Source of the DNA: Giardia intestinalis | Lineage: Eukaryota | Strand: one strand, 5' to 3' | Length of the DNA: 64,000 bases | Assembly: GCA_000002435.2 (NCBI GenBank) | Contig: CM018793.1 | Part shown: positions 1 to 8,522 of the stretch, one piece after another | Layout: each line of letters begins with the position of its first letter | Numbering within the stretch: position 1 is the first letter of the stretch | Notes under the pieces: model-generated | Told to the model about the DNA's origin: nothing | What the model saw: only the letters and a program-made list of their open reading frames with translations | The model's database searches: none | Translations under genes and position numbers: made by a program

Positions 1-326
1 AGGTCCACCGTTTAGTCATAGGCCGTAATGTCAAACAGACCAACTTCATTGAGTTTCGCTCTCACAAGATAATCTACAGGCGCTACGCTGGCCTCTACTT
101 CACCATCTGCTGTGATCTCAACGATAATGAGCTTGCCATGCTGGAGGCAATACACTTGTTTGTCGAAACACTCAATACCTACTTCGAAACTGTCTGCGAG
201 CTCAATCTGATCTTTGACTTCCATAAGGTGAACCTTATTTGCGACGAGGTCTTTCTTGCTGGCGAGATTCAGGAGACCAGTAAAGAAGTCATCATTAACC
301 ACGTCTCCCAGATCGATAAGTTTTGA
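1..326 (+). CDS. AP (clathrin adaptor) complex sigma small subunit, 5'-truncated at window edge
   Basis: Translation from nt 3 (frame 3) reads ...FRSHKIIYRRYAGLYFTICCDLNDNELAMLEAIHLFVETLNTYFETVCELNLIFDFHKVNLICDEVFLAGEIQETSKEV..., collinear with AP1/AP2 sigma (VVYKRYASLYF...ELDIIFNFEKAYFILDEFL.GGE.QETSK). Stop at 324-326. The minus-strand ORF 12..302 is its antisense shadow. Confidence 0.8.
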   Translation, partial: VHRLVIGRNVKQTNFIEFRSHKIIYRRYAGLYFTICCDLNDNELAMLEAIHLFVETLNTYFETVCELNLIFDFHKVNLICDEVFLAGEIQETSKEVIINHVSQIDKF

Positions 327-511
327 AGGCCGATGTCTTCTAGTTGCTTTTCCCTGTGTAAATCACTTATGGCTATGTTCGGCGATTTTTGCCACGTGTC
401 TGGAGGAAGATATTTTGCTTGCGACCAAAAAATTGAAAGAGAGCTGGAAGACTGGCTTCGCCCCTTTCTTGACCATTGTCACAAGATCATACTTCAAGGG
501 AGGGCTTTATC

Positions 512-1531
512 ATGGGCTGTATTGTCGATAAAATCGCATATCCATCGAAATATTTACCCCGACAGAAAATCACCAAAGATGACAAGCGGTACATCTGGAT
601 ACCCGTCAAGCACAACACTTCCATCTGCGCCATGATTTGCTATCCTAATCAGAGCGATGTCTTGCAAAGTCTACCCGAGCAGATGGTCTACTCCATCATG
701 ACAATAAGAAAGGCCCTCTTCGAAAGCACTTCCGAGCGACCCTCCGAAGATGCCGCTAGCAATGACCGTCTCATAATTTATTCCCATGGGAACGCAGAAA
801 CCATGATGCACAATTCCGCTTACGGGTTCATGTTGGCGGACCTCAGCGGGATGCCCGTCCTCCTCTATGATTATGAAGGTTATGGAGCATCGGAAGGGAA
901 GAGTGGCGAAAAGACGGCGAGGAGGGACATAGAAGCAGTTTATCGGTACGTGCGCGAAACGTATCCAGAATATAAGCTAATCTTCATGGGAAGGTCCATT
1001 GGAAGCGTGACTACCGTTCATATTGCAAATCTCTACGCCAACAAGAAAGCATATCAAGAAGATAGGAAAAGAGACGTGCTGGCAGGCATTATACTCCAAT
1101 CTGGTGTGGCATCTGCACTCCAAACGCTTCGGAAACGGAAGATAAATGTAATCTGCGATTGCCTGCGCAATTATGATAAAGTCGGGAATTGGTCATTTCC
1201 GTGTCTCATCATTCATGGTGCTTGCGATAACATTGTTCCCGTGCATAACGCGATTATAATGGCTCGCAACGTAATCAAGCACAATCACCCTTCATATCTT
1301 AAATCTTTTGAGTCCTTCATTAAAAAAGCACACCCTTTAGACACGATGGACAATCACTGCATATTTAGAGCAGATAACTTCAGTCTTTTGCTCATTGCCG
1401 GGGGAGACCACAACAGCTACGATATTGAGACATACGAGCTGACGTACAGTGTCATAGCGCAATTCCTGACCGGGGATGGCACAATAGAGACGTCAATCGT
1501 GCAAGGCCAAGAGATGCTGCTCCAAGTCTGA
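512..1531 (+). CDS. alpha/beta-hydrolase, ABHD17/FAM108-like serine hydrolase (MGC N-terminus suggests N-myristoylation/palmitoylation)
   Basis: HGNAETMM...YDYEGYGASEGKSGEK...IFMGRSIGS (GxSxG nucleophile elbow)...LIIHGACDNIVP, collinear with ABHD17 family. True start is ATG at 512 (MGCIVDK); the listed 476 start is a TTG extension. Confidence 0.7.
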   Translation: MGCIVDKIAYPSKYLPRQKITKDDKRYIWIPVKHNTSICAMICYPNQSDVLQSLPEQMVYSIMTIRKALFESTSERPSEDAASNDRLIIYSHGNAETMMHNSAYGFMLADLSGMPVLLYDYEGYGASEGKSGEKTARRDIEAVYRYVRETYPEYKLIFMGRSIGSVTTVHIANLYANKKAYQEDRKRDVLAGIILQSGVASALQTLRKRKINVICDCLRNYDKVGNWSFPCLIIHGACDNIVPVHNAIIMARNVIKHNHPSYLKSFESFIKKAHPLDTMDNHCIFRADNFSLLLIAGGDHNSYDIETYELTYSVIAQFLTGDGTIETSIVQGQEMLLQV

Positions 1532-2035
1532 ATATACCGTCCTCCAACCTGCTATTAGGGTGTTGAGCTCATTCCTCCATGTAGTGCGCTCCTCGTTAAA
1601 CTCCTGGATCAACTGAGCAAGTCGCTCCTTCAGCCTTGCAGCCTCACGGATTGCGGCTTGTCCTTCCTCGGCCTGCTGTATCTCCTTCGCAGCTTCCCTT
1701 GAGTGTTCCTTTTCCGTATAGTTAGCCAGCTGAATGCTAAGCTCTAGAATTTTGCTTTCCTTGACTTGGAAGATTGATACCAGAGAGTGAATTAGCCCCT
1801 TCATCTGTTGGGATATGCTCTGGTATGCATCCTCCTTTGGGATCCTCCTTTCTTGAACTCCGGTGAGCGCAGCCCACATCCCTGTTTTCAGGGAGTCATA
1901 GGAGGAAGCAAAGGTCCAATAAAGAGGCTCCACAGTTGGGTCTCTGTCATAGAAGCCACACTTCTCCAGCGATGCGACAGTCCGCGCAAGGGTCTTCGAG
2001 GACGCTACGGTCTGCCGATCAGATTCGAAAGACAT
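1493..2035 (-). CDS. hypothetical coiled-coil protein (181 aa)
   Basis: ORF 1493..2179 trimmed to the internal ATG at 2035 (MSFESDRQ...), because the upstream part overlaps the S27a gene and the AT-rich divergent promoter. The C-terminal half is heptad-like. Its 3' end overlaps the ABHD gene by 39 bp. Confidence 0.5.
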   Translation of the reverse strand: MSFESDRQTVASSKTLARTVASLEKCGFYDRDPTVEPLYWTFASSYDSLKTGMWAALTGVQERRIPKEDAYQSISQQMKGLIHSLVSIFQVKESKILELSIQLANYTEKEHSREAAKEIQQAEEGQAAIREAARLKERLAQLIQEFNEERTTWRNELNTLIAGWRTVYSDLEQHLLALHD

Positions 2036-2112
2036 ATTCCTATCCCCAGTGAAAAAATCCCGGCTTCCATTTTTTTGATTTTTTAGAATCAAAAAATGAT
2101 AATGAAATTGAA
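2036..2112. promoter_or_regulatory. 77-bp AT-rich bidirectional promoter/initiator region between divergent genes
   Basis: tttttttgattttttagaatcaaaaaatgataatgaaattgaa lies directly between the ATG at 2035 (-) and the ATG at 2113 (+). Giardia promoters are short AT-rich initiators abutting the ATG. Confidence 0.45.
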
Positions 2113-2526
2113 ATGCTGGTGATAGTCCGACTCCAGGATCAGACGTTACCCTTTGAGCTTCCGGCTGGCGCACGCGCATCCCAGCTTTCGAACCTGCTCT
2201 CTAGCTCTGGCATGGCCTTTTCTCTCCACACGCAGGGTCGTGTCCTCTCGGAGGCGGCTGAGCTCAATGATAAGATGGTTATCGACGCGTTTGTCCCTGC
2301 TGATGGCGCCGGTAAAGACAAAAAGCGCAAGAAGAAGGCGCACAAGACCCCCAAGAAGATCAAGCACGAGCCCAAGAAGGTCAGGCTTGCCTGTTTGAAG
2401 TACTACACGATCAAGGGGGATACCGCAGAGCCCACGCGCGAGTACTGCCCCAACTGCGGACCGGGAATCCGCATTGCCAGGCACGCGGATCGATGCCACT
2501 GCGGCCGCTGCGGCTTTGCAAAGTAA
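2113..2526 (+). CDS. RPS27A: ubiquitin-like domain fused to ribosomal protein S27a (eS31)
   Basis: Divergent Ub-like N-terminus (MLVIVRLQDQTLPFELP...), a K-rich linker (KKRKKKAHKTPKKIKHEPKKVRLACLKYY), then the C4 zinc ribbon CPNCGPG...CHCGRCGF typical of S27a. Confidence 0.85.
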   Translation: MLVIVRLQDQTLPFELPAGARASQLSNLLSSSGMAFSLHTQGRVLSEAAELNDKMVIDAFVPADGAGKDKKRKKKAHKTPKKIKHEPKKVRLACLKYYTIKGDTAEPTREYCPNCGPGIRIARHADRCHCGRCGFAK

Positions 2527-2528
2527 AT
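2522..2528 (+). terminator. polyadenylation signal AGTAAAT overlapping the S27a stop codon
   Basis: gcaAAGTAAATcc; the Giardia consensus AGTRAAY overlaps the TAA stop at 2524-2526. Confidence 0.6.
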
Positions 2529-2603
2529 CCTCCTGGCTGCCGGTGGCCAGAGGGCGAGTAAACGCACAAACACACGCGTGGGTGCCATGAGTCCCCGTCT
2601 AAT

Positions 2604-3065
2604 TTACCTCCTGCAGAGTATCTTTACGAAGTCTGCGTACTTGATCTGGCCCTCGCCGTCTATGTCGGCCTCACGGAGGAGATCGTCAACCTCGTCCTCG
2701 TCAAGCTTCTCTCCGATGTGGGTCAGGACGTGCCTCAGCTCCGCCGCATTGACGTACCCGTCACCGTTCCTATCGAAGACGCGGAAGGCCTCCCTGAGCT
2801 CCTCCTCAGAGTCTGTGTTGCGTGACTTCGTGACCATGAGCCGAACAAACTCCACGAAACTGATCACGCCGTTGCCGTCCGTGTCGATGGAATTGATCAT
2901 ATCGGCGAGATCTGCCTCCGTGGGGTTCTGCCCGAGGGAGCGCATCACCGTTCCCAGCTCGGCTGTGGTGATGTTCCCGTCTCCGTTTCTGTCGAAAAGG
3001 TTGAAGGCCTCTTTGAATTCCTCCAGGGTCTCCTGGGGCAGGTTTATAGGCATGTCTCCCTCCAT
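2604..3065 (-). CDS. CaM: calmodulin (4 EF hands)
   Basis: [52 protein letters not shown]. From the second Met ([17 protein letters not shown]) it aligns residue-for-residue with MADQLTEEQIAEFKEAF, so the start may be 3053 rather than 3065. Confidence 0.9.
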   Translation of the reverse strand: MEGDMPINLPQETLEEFKEAFNLFDRNGDGNITTAELGTVMRSLGQNPTEADLADMINSIDTDGNGVISFVEFVRLMVTKSRNTDSEEELREAFRVFDRNGDGYVNAAELRHVLTHIGEKLDEDEVDDLLREADIDGEGQIKYADFVKILCRR

Positions 3066-3217
3066 CTGCTACGTCCTCTGAACTTTTTTTCTGGCCAGGC
3101 AGGTTGAAATATTTTTTGAATTTTAAATTCTGAATTTTAATTCTACCGAAATGAAAGCAAACGATGAAAACAGGTTGATCCACCGGTCTCCTTCGTCGCT
3201 TTCTAAAGCATGAATGG

Positions 3218-5809
3218 CTAGTTTCGTCGAGCAGTCGCTTTCTTAGATATTCCTAACTTCTGATTACGCGTGTGTGAGCGAGCAATCCGATCCTTTTCGG
3301 CTCCACTACGAGCTCTCTTATTACGGACCCGCTGACTGTGCAAGAGCATAAGCATATTCTTTGTCGTCTTTTGCTTTTGTATGTTGGAAAGAGACTTGTT
3401 GGACTCTAGCTTACGCGCAATACTCTCTGCCCACCTACTTCCTTTGTGATCATTGGCACTTCTACCAGAATGAGCTAAAACGGTCTTCTCAGCGCGGGTG
3501 AGCTTCTTTCTGGGCAAAAAGCTCTCCAGATCGACTTCGTTCATGCGTGCAGGCGTGACGTATTCGCTTATCCGCGCTAGCTCCTCATCTGTTAGAAGTC
3601 TGCGAGACTGTAACGGAACATTAGAATCGTTCTCTCCAGCACTAGAGTCGGCCTCAGATCTATCTGCTGACTCTGCATCAACGAGAATGGCCCTCTTCTT
3701 TCCTCTCTTTCCTCTAATGATTCGTATGCACTTTCCGGGCTCACCTGATTCGGGCTCGATTGCGTCACCATCAATATTTTGTCCTTCGTCTTCTTCCTCC
3801 TCAGAATCTTGCTCCTTCGGGTTGCCATATTCATCTATTGGCCCAAAGAGCTCATTAATTCTCGTAAAGTAGCACTCTGGTATTGGTAAGCCTCTTTTCT
3901 TGCAATTTACCAGAATGTGACCCATCTTGTTCCGCTCCAGTTTCATCTTCTTCAGCTGGTGTTTCGATGGTGCTACCTCTTCTCCTTCGTCATCAGAGTA
4001 GGTTTCTTTTAGGAGTTTTGCAATGTTTCTCCTGGAGAAATCCGACGAATCAATCTTTTTGTTCGACAAAGGAACGCCGAACTTGGGAACCGCTTTCTGG
4101 TTTCCCATGAGTTGAGTAGTACCTGTCTTGTCTCTGGAACTAGTCTCCTCAAACTCTTCAATATCCTCCAGCTCTTCAAACTCTTCTAGTTCTTCCAAAT
4201 CTTCCAGCTCTTCTAATTCTTCAAGCTCTTCCATTTCCTCGGCACCATGATCATCTCCGTCGTCTTCTTCTCCTTCATCCTCAGTTACCTGGCCCTTTTG
4301 GGCCAACCTCTCGATAGCCTTGAGCTGGCGAACGACTTGTGCACTATCCCTATTCTGGAATCTCGCCTCAAGCTTGTCGGGCGCCTGCTCTCTATAAAAT
4401 TGTAGTAGACACCTTGCAGCAGTCATAACACCCCTACGAGTTTTGCTCGTTGTCTTGCATTTGCTGTTTTGGTATGACCGCGCGACGACTGCCTCCTTAG
4501 AATAACTTGCCAATTCATTAAGTAACTCGCATGCAGAGGGGTTTGCGATGAGCGCGTTTGGATTGCGCTTTGCCATCTCTGCAATAGCATTGAGACCAAC
4601 TGTCATTATATAGTCGGTGGACCCAGAGTGTATAAACTCATGGGCTATGACCTTCATAACGGCAAAAACTTCCTCGTCAAAAATGGCAGGATGAACGGAC
4701 GAGACCAGGTACTCCAGAATTTTGATGACATCCTTTTGCTGCGGCTTAAGGTACTTCATGTAGTAGCGGTAATAATTCTGAATCTCTAATGAGTGGTGCG
4801 CTATTATCTTGGATGTAACCTCAAATGTCAATAACTTTAGTTGAAACGAAGTGTTCCTGCCCAAGTACTTATGGCACAGTTTTTCTATGAACACATATGG
4901 ATCGCGAATGTTATCATATGGATGCCTTGATCCTGCATACGTCAGTTCTTTTTCTTCGTTGTTTTCATCCATTAGATTCTTCAGAGACTTTTGAGCTTTG
5001 GCAAGAGTTTTGTGCGTTTTCGTCTGGTTCCCAGCGAAGCTAGAAACAGCACGCAGGTGTCTTATTTTCGCCTTGAGTGCCTCTTTCTTCTCGTCCTTGG
5101 TTACTCCCTGATCATCTTCTTCCTCGTCTGAGTCCTTGGCTGCAGCTGTGTTTTCTAAAAGGAGAAAATGCAAGACTAACAATGATATGCGCTTATCATT
5201 GGAGTTTAGAAGGCTATCAAGAATGACAGACATCGTCCTTTCATTCTCCCACGCGTGCTTAGAGTACAGGTCACAGCATAGCTGTGTTAACTTAAATGCA
5301 AGAAGCGCGTTTCCGTCCCTCATCTTCATGTTAAAGAACGAAAGAATCTTCTGTGAAGCCCCTGTTTTACCGGCCTTGAACAGCTTTATGCAAGCATTCA
5401 GTAGATGGCTATAGACTAGCTGGCGAATTGGCTTATCGTGAATCCTCAAGAGTCCGCAGTAAAGGCTTAGGAGATTAGTATCTGTTAGGCTTAGGACGCC
5501 GCGTTTGACAAAGAGAATAAGGGTTTGGACAAGGGTTTGACGCAAAGGGGGTGACAAAAGGAGTGCAGACGATTCTGTAAATGTAATCAAGATGGGTATT
5601 AGCGAAGAATATATTGCATTGTACTGGGCAATACCTGAAAGGCGCGCAGTGAAGTTCAAGAGGTCAACGAATTCCTCCTCACTTGTCAGACTGGAGCTGC
5701 TCTGAATGAGCTCCAACTGGCTTCTGAGAACCAGCAGCTGTTTCTGCACCTCCTCAGCGTAGTTGGTGGGGTCTCGACATGCTTTAGAAGCCAAATCAAC
5801 TAACAGCAT
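3218..5809 (-). CDS. SDA1: SDA1-family protein (60S pre-ribosome export/maturation factor homolog)
   Basis: The N-terminal LASKACRDPTNYAEEV...LVQTLILFVKRGVL matches the SDA1 NUC130 region (LQNLIKRDP.SY..EF; R..LV.ALILLRNK). The middle ...NSKCKTTSKTRRGVMTAARCLLQFYREQAPDKL matches the SDA1-domain motif YKKSKDKGVVMAARSLIGLFREVNPELL. It also has an acidic EELEEL tract and a basic C-terminal tail. Confidence 0.65.
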   Translation of the reverse strand: MLLVDLASKACRDPTNYAEEVQKQLLVLRSQLELIQSSSSLTSEEEFVDLLNFTARLSGIAQYNAIYSSLIPILITFTESSALLLSPPLRQTLVQTLILFVKRGVLSLTDTNLLSLYCGLLRIHDKPIRQLVYSHLLNACIKLFKAGKTGASQKILSFFNMKMRDGNALLAFKLTQLCCDLYSKHAWENERTMSVILDSLLNSNDKRISLLVLHFLLLENTAAAKDSDEEEDDQGVTKDEKKEALKAKIRHLRAVSSFAGNQTKTHKTLAKAQKSLKNLMDENNEEKELTYAGSRHPYDNIRDPYVFIEKLCHKYLGRNTSFQLKLLTFEVTSKIIAHHSLEIQNYYRYYMKYLKPQQKDVIKILEYLVSSVHPAIFDEEVFAVMKVIAHEFIHSGSTDYIMTVGLNAIAEMAKRNPNALIANPSACELLNELASYSKEAVVARSYQNSKCKTTSKTRRGVMTAARCLLQFYREQAPDKLEARFQNRDSAQVVRQLKAIERLAQKGQVTEDEGEEDDGDDHGAEEMEELEELEELEDLEELEEFEELEDIEEFEETSSRDKTGTTQLMGNQKAVPKFGVPLSNKKIDSSDFSRRNIAKLLKETYSDDEGEEVAPSKHQLKKMKLERNKMGHILVNCKKRGLPIPECYFTRINELFGPIDEYGNPKEQDSEEEEDEGQNIDGDAIEPESGEPGKCIRIIRGKRGKKRAILVDAESADRSEADSSAGENDSNVPLQSRRLLTDEELARISEYVTPARMNEVDLESFLPRKKLTRAEKTVLAHSGRSANDHKGSRWAESIARKLESNKSLSNIQKQKTTKNMLMLLHSQRVRNKRARSGAEKDRIARSHTRNQKLGISKKATARRN
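4150..4245 (-). repeat. imperfect 9-bp tandem repeat encoding an acidic (EEL/EDL/EEF)n tract inside SDA1
   Basis: ctcttcaaa ctcttctag ttcttccaa atcttccag ctcttctaa ttcttcaag ctcttccat encodes EELEELEELEDLEELEEFEELEDIEEFEE on the coding strand. Confidence 0.6.
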
Positions 5810-5814
5810 TTATT

Positions 5815-6288
5815 TTATACCCTGCTTTGGATCTTAAAATCGCTTTCCGAAGTACAAGGAGCCACCAAATCTAAGACGAGATCGGGAACACCTGCCATAT
5901 AATCCAGTCCCAGGATTCCGTTGTACTTGCCAAAGGAACGACCGGTTTGTAGAGACACTTGGAGTTTTTTTGAAGGAATTTGGGCATTATGATTAACCAA
6001 GCTGACGTCAAGGCGCACGTAGGGACGTACAGAAGTACCATACTTTGTTACCACTTTACCACTTGCAGATATAGGAAGAGTAAACAATGGCTCAATTTGT
6101 TCTGTAGGCACAACAGGCCACAGCTTAAGGGTTACTTGAGTGCCAAGAATATCGATAGCGTCCAGAAAAAGGCTTGAGTTCGTGCTTCCTGTGTCTAGAA
6201 GCATGTGCAGAACAACACCAGGGAGCTGCTGAACGCGAATGTCAACGGATACGGGCAATATAGTGGGCGAGGGCCCCAATGATAGCAT
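5815..6288 (-). CDS. stand-alone retropepsin-like aspartic peptidase (157 aa)
   Basis: VLHMLLDTGSTNSSLF (D-T/S-G catalytic motif) and the downstream GILGLDYM (retropepsin IIGRD.L-like) at the spacing seen in Ddi1/retroviral proteases. No UBL or UBA domains. AT-rich initiator gaaattgaaaaATG. Confidence 0.5.
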   Translation of the reverse strand: MLSLGPSPTILPVSVDIRVQQLPGVVLHMLLDTGSTNSSLFLDAIDILGTQVTLKLWPVVPTEQIEPLFTLPISASGKVVTKYGTSVRPYVRLDVSLVNHNAQIPSKKLQVSLQTGRSFGKYNGILGLDYMAGVPDLVLDLVAPCTSESDFKIQSRV

Positions 6289-6389
6289 TTTTCAATTTCA
6301 TACACTATCCGAACATCGTTCCTAACCCTTTTAAACGCAAGTACATGTCTGCAAGCAGTTGCATGCTTTCAAGGGTCCCCAAAAAGAGA

Positions 6390-7112
6390 TCAATCCTGGG
6401 TCACAGATTCTGAATCTTCACATTCAGCAAGCTGCAAAAATGAAAGCCGGATCCGTCTGATTAATAGGGGGATATTACCAGTGATCTTTGCATCTGATAG
6501 GAAGAGGTCCAGGTTAGCTATTTCTATTGTAGGATCCTCTATTATAATCTCTCCGTCCTCCCTTGTTATGAGCCGAAAGGAATACTGCTGAGACTCGTCG
6601 GCTGGATTAAGGCCCCAAAAGATAACAATAATGCTGTTCTCGTCCCGCTGCTCTATCTTCATTCTAAGCATGCTTTCATAGTTTCGTAGACGCCACTCCA
6701 GATCCTCTTTAACATGGGCTTTCTGTGTGGCCGGAAGTGCCTCAAATGCTACTCGCCTCTCTTCCTCAAAGTCTGCAAGTGCCTTTCTGTACTCCTCCTG
6801 CATTATAGAGTATTGTTGTTTAAGGGTGTCGAGTTGGGTTCGAGCGCGTGCAAGTTGTGCATTCAGCTTCTGTTCCTCTTCCGACGCAGAAGTGGAAAGC
6901 TTCTCCACTTCGAGCTCCTGTTTTAGCCGCTCTTCGTAGTCATCTTTGGACTTCTTTAATAGATGTAGAGTCTCGTCAACAAACGATATAAAGGTAGACC
7001 CCATGTTGGAGATGGCGTCCAAATTCTTCGTTACAAATGTATTAAGCGAAATGGTTAGCGTATCTGCAAGACTTACTAGCCGCTCAGCAGCGCTCTTCTG
7101 CTCGTCCTCCAT
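6390..7112 (-). CDS. hypothetical coiled-coil protein with a C-terminal globular (possibly RWD-like) domain
   Basis: Residues 1-150 are heptad-rich (ERLKQELEVEKL...LDTLKQQYSIMQEEYRKALADFEEERR), and the C-terminal ~90 aa have a beta-rich pattern (IIVIFWGLNPADESQQYSFRLITREDGEIIIEDP). This architecture resembles the Spc24/Spc25 kinetochore subunits, but that is only inference. Confidence 0.5.
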   Translation of the reverse strand: MEDEQKSAAERLVSLADTLTISLNTFVTKNLDAISNMGSTFISFVDETLHLLKKSKDDYEERLKQELEVEKLSTSASEEEQKLNAQLARARTQLDTLKQQYSIMQEEYRKALADFEEERRVAFEALPATQKAHVKEDLEWRLRNYESMLRMKIEQRDENSIIVIFWGLNPADESQQYSFRLITREDGEIIIEDPTIEIANLDLFLSDAKITGNIPLLIRRIRLSFLQLAECEDSESVTQD

Positions 7113-7199
7113 TGAATTTTTAATCTTACAGAAAGAGCAAAGTAAGCGCTAAAGCTATTTACTATAAGCCAAGCAGCCACAGTGACGCATAGCCGCTGC

Positions 7200-8396
7200 T
7201 CAAAAGTCCAGAAGAGAATTAAAGTTGGTTGTCTTTGGTGCAGGCGCAGGTGCAGGCACAGGAGCTGACATTGGCACTGGCGTTGGCGTTGGCGCTGGGA
7301 CTAGCGGAGGTGCCGTTAGCGGGACTGCTGTTGGCATCGTAACCGGAACTTGAGGAGGTGCAGACATAATTCCTGGAATAATAGCTGGCTGCGCAGGCGT
7401 TGTGGGCACCACAGGAGGTTGCGATGGAACGGAGATAGCGTTACTAAAGAGGTCGAGGCCGGGTCTCATCATTTCTGTCTGTGGTACTGCCTGAGGAGCC
7501 GGCGCGGAGGTTCCGCCTGGAATCATCGGTGCAGACGGTTGCATAGGCACTGCTGGAATAGAAGGCACTGGAGCCATACTGGGTGCATTAAGGACAGGTT
7601 GGGGACCAGGAACCCCCGGAATAGTGCCCACAGCACCCGAAAACTGCGCCATGGACGCCGGTTGCGAGGGCATTGGAGCCGCGGCAGGCATCACGGGCAT
7701 AGCAGAAGCCACAGGTGCTGGCATGGTAGAAACCGCCGGAGCGGTAAACATGGCCGGAGCAGTCTGCTGCATCACCCCTGGTTGCACTGCCCCAGAGAAT
7801 TGCTGTGCTGGCGGTTGTTGCACCATGCCCATCGTGGGCTGCTGTACCATACCGGACGGCCTGGCGAAAGCTGGCATACCCATCGGCTTCATCCCCATGC
7901 CCATCTGAGGCATACCGAAAGCAGAGACAGACTGGGGTAGTGGGGGAGTCACGTCTGGGGTTATCTGCTGGGTGACACCAGGTGCCCCTGCAAATGCCGG
8001 GACCTGTGGGACCTCTTGCTGTGGCTGTTCGTGGCAGAACCTCTTCTCAACGTACTTCATCCTGATAAAGTCACGTACTCGCCCATTATCTTCACTGCCA
8101 GGCTCAGGGAGCTTGAAGACTTGTTCGCTCCAGTAAGGTAAATAGGTACGCTTGTCGAGATCGTTGCCGCCCAGGGCCTGAATCTCATCTAACTTAAAGA
8201 CGCTATTAGACACCGATTTGACCCTGTGATCAAACTCGCGATGAATCCCTGCACAACGCGCACACACAAATGTTCCGCATGTGAGATTAATGTACGGCAC
8301 ACTAAGAGACTTGCAGTCAGCGCACTGCTTATTTTCAGGCTTGCGTCTGAGGGCGTCGATTGCATTTTTTACGCGTTGTTGGTCCCTCTCGCTCAT
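7200..8396 (-). CDS. ArfGAP-domain protein with a long Pro/Ala/Met/Gln-rich tail
   Basis: N-terminal C4 ArfGAP zinc finger CADCKS-x14-CGTFVCARCAGIHREF with the catalytic Arg. About 250 aa of low-complexity (P/A/M/Q/V) tail ending ...NFNSLLDF. Confidence 0.8.
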   Translation of the reverse strand: MSERDQQRVKNAIDALRRKPENKQCADCKSLSVPYINLTCGTFVCARCAGIHREFDHRVKSVSNSVFKLDEIQALGGNDLDKRTYLPYWSEQVFKLPEPGSEDNGRVRDFIRMKYVEKRFCHEQPQQEVPQVPAFAGAPGVTQQITPDVTPPLPQSVSAFGMPQMGMGMKPMGMPAFARPSGMVQQPTMGMVQQPPAQQFSGAVQPGVMQQTAPAMFTAPAVSTMPAPVASAMPVMPAAAPMPSQPASMAQFSGAVGTIPGVPGPQPVLNAPSMAPVPSIPAVPMQPSAPMIPGGTSAPAPQAVPQTEMMRPGLDLFSNAISVPSQPPVVPTTPAQPAIIPGIMSAPPQVPVTMPTAVPLTAPPLVPAPTPTPVPMSAPVPAPAPAPKTTNFNSLLDF

Positions 8397-8522
8397 AGCG
8401 TTTTTTAGATAAGCCTTGTAGTGTTAGTTTGTTTGACTTATGAATTTAATTTAAACTGGCAATAAATATGTGCAATAAGAATTAAATATTTAAGCCTTGT
8501 TGCAATTTCTAATGCCGGTAGA
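8397..8522. promoter_or_regulatory. AT-rich divergent intergenic/promoter region
   Basis: 126 bp, very AT-rich (aatttaatttaaactggcaataaatatgtgcaataagaattaaatatttaag), between the divergent ATGs at 8396 (-) and 8523 (+). Confidence 0.4.

Noticed and set aside
12-302. 96-aa minus-strand ORF at the window start
   Set aside because: It lies antisense to the strongly conserved AP sigma subunit reading frame (plus strand, frame 3), which explains the open frame. It has no homology signal.
476-511. N-terminal extensions of listed ORFs (476, 27413, 43161; also 15421 and 16288)
   Set aside because: The ORF track evidently allows TTG starts (e.g. ttg tca caa at 476, RC of caa at 27411-27413, ttg gtg cgg at 43161). 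Real starts were taken as the first ATG preceded by an AT-rich initiator (512, 27395, 43173, 15574, 16552).
2139-2499. Minus-strand ORFs of 78 and 117 aa and plus ORF 2153..2398 inside the S27a gene
   Set aside because: Overlapping frames of a gene with clear S27a homology; GC-rich K/R codon runs keep alternative frames open.
7350-7940. 196-aa Arg/His-rich plus-strand ORF and 94-aa ORF 7624..7908
   Set aside because: Antisense or alternative frame of the ArfGAP low-complexity P/A/M/Q-rich tail. The repetitive GC-rich sequence keeps all frames open.
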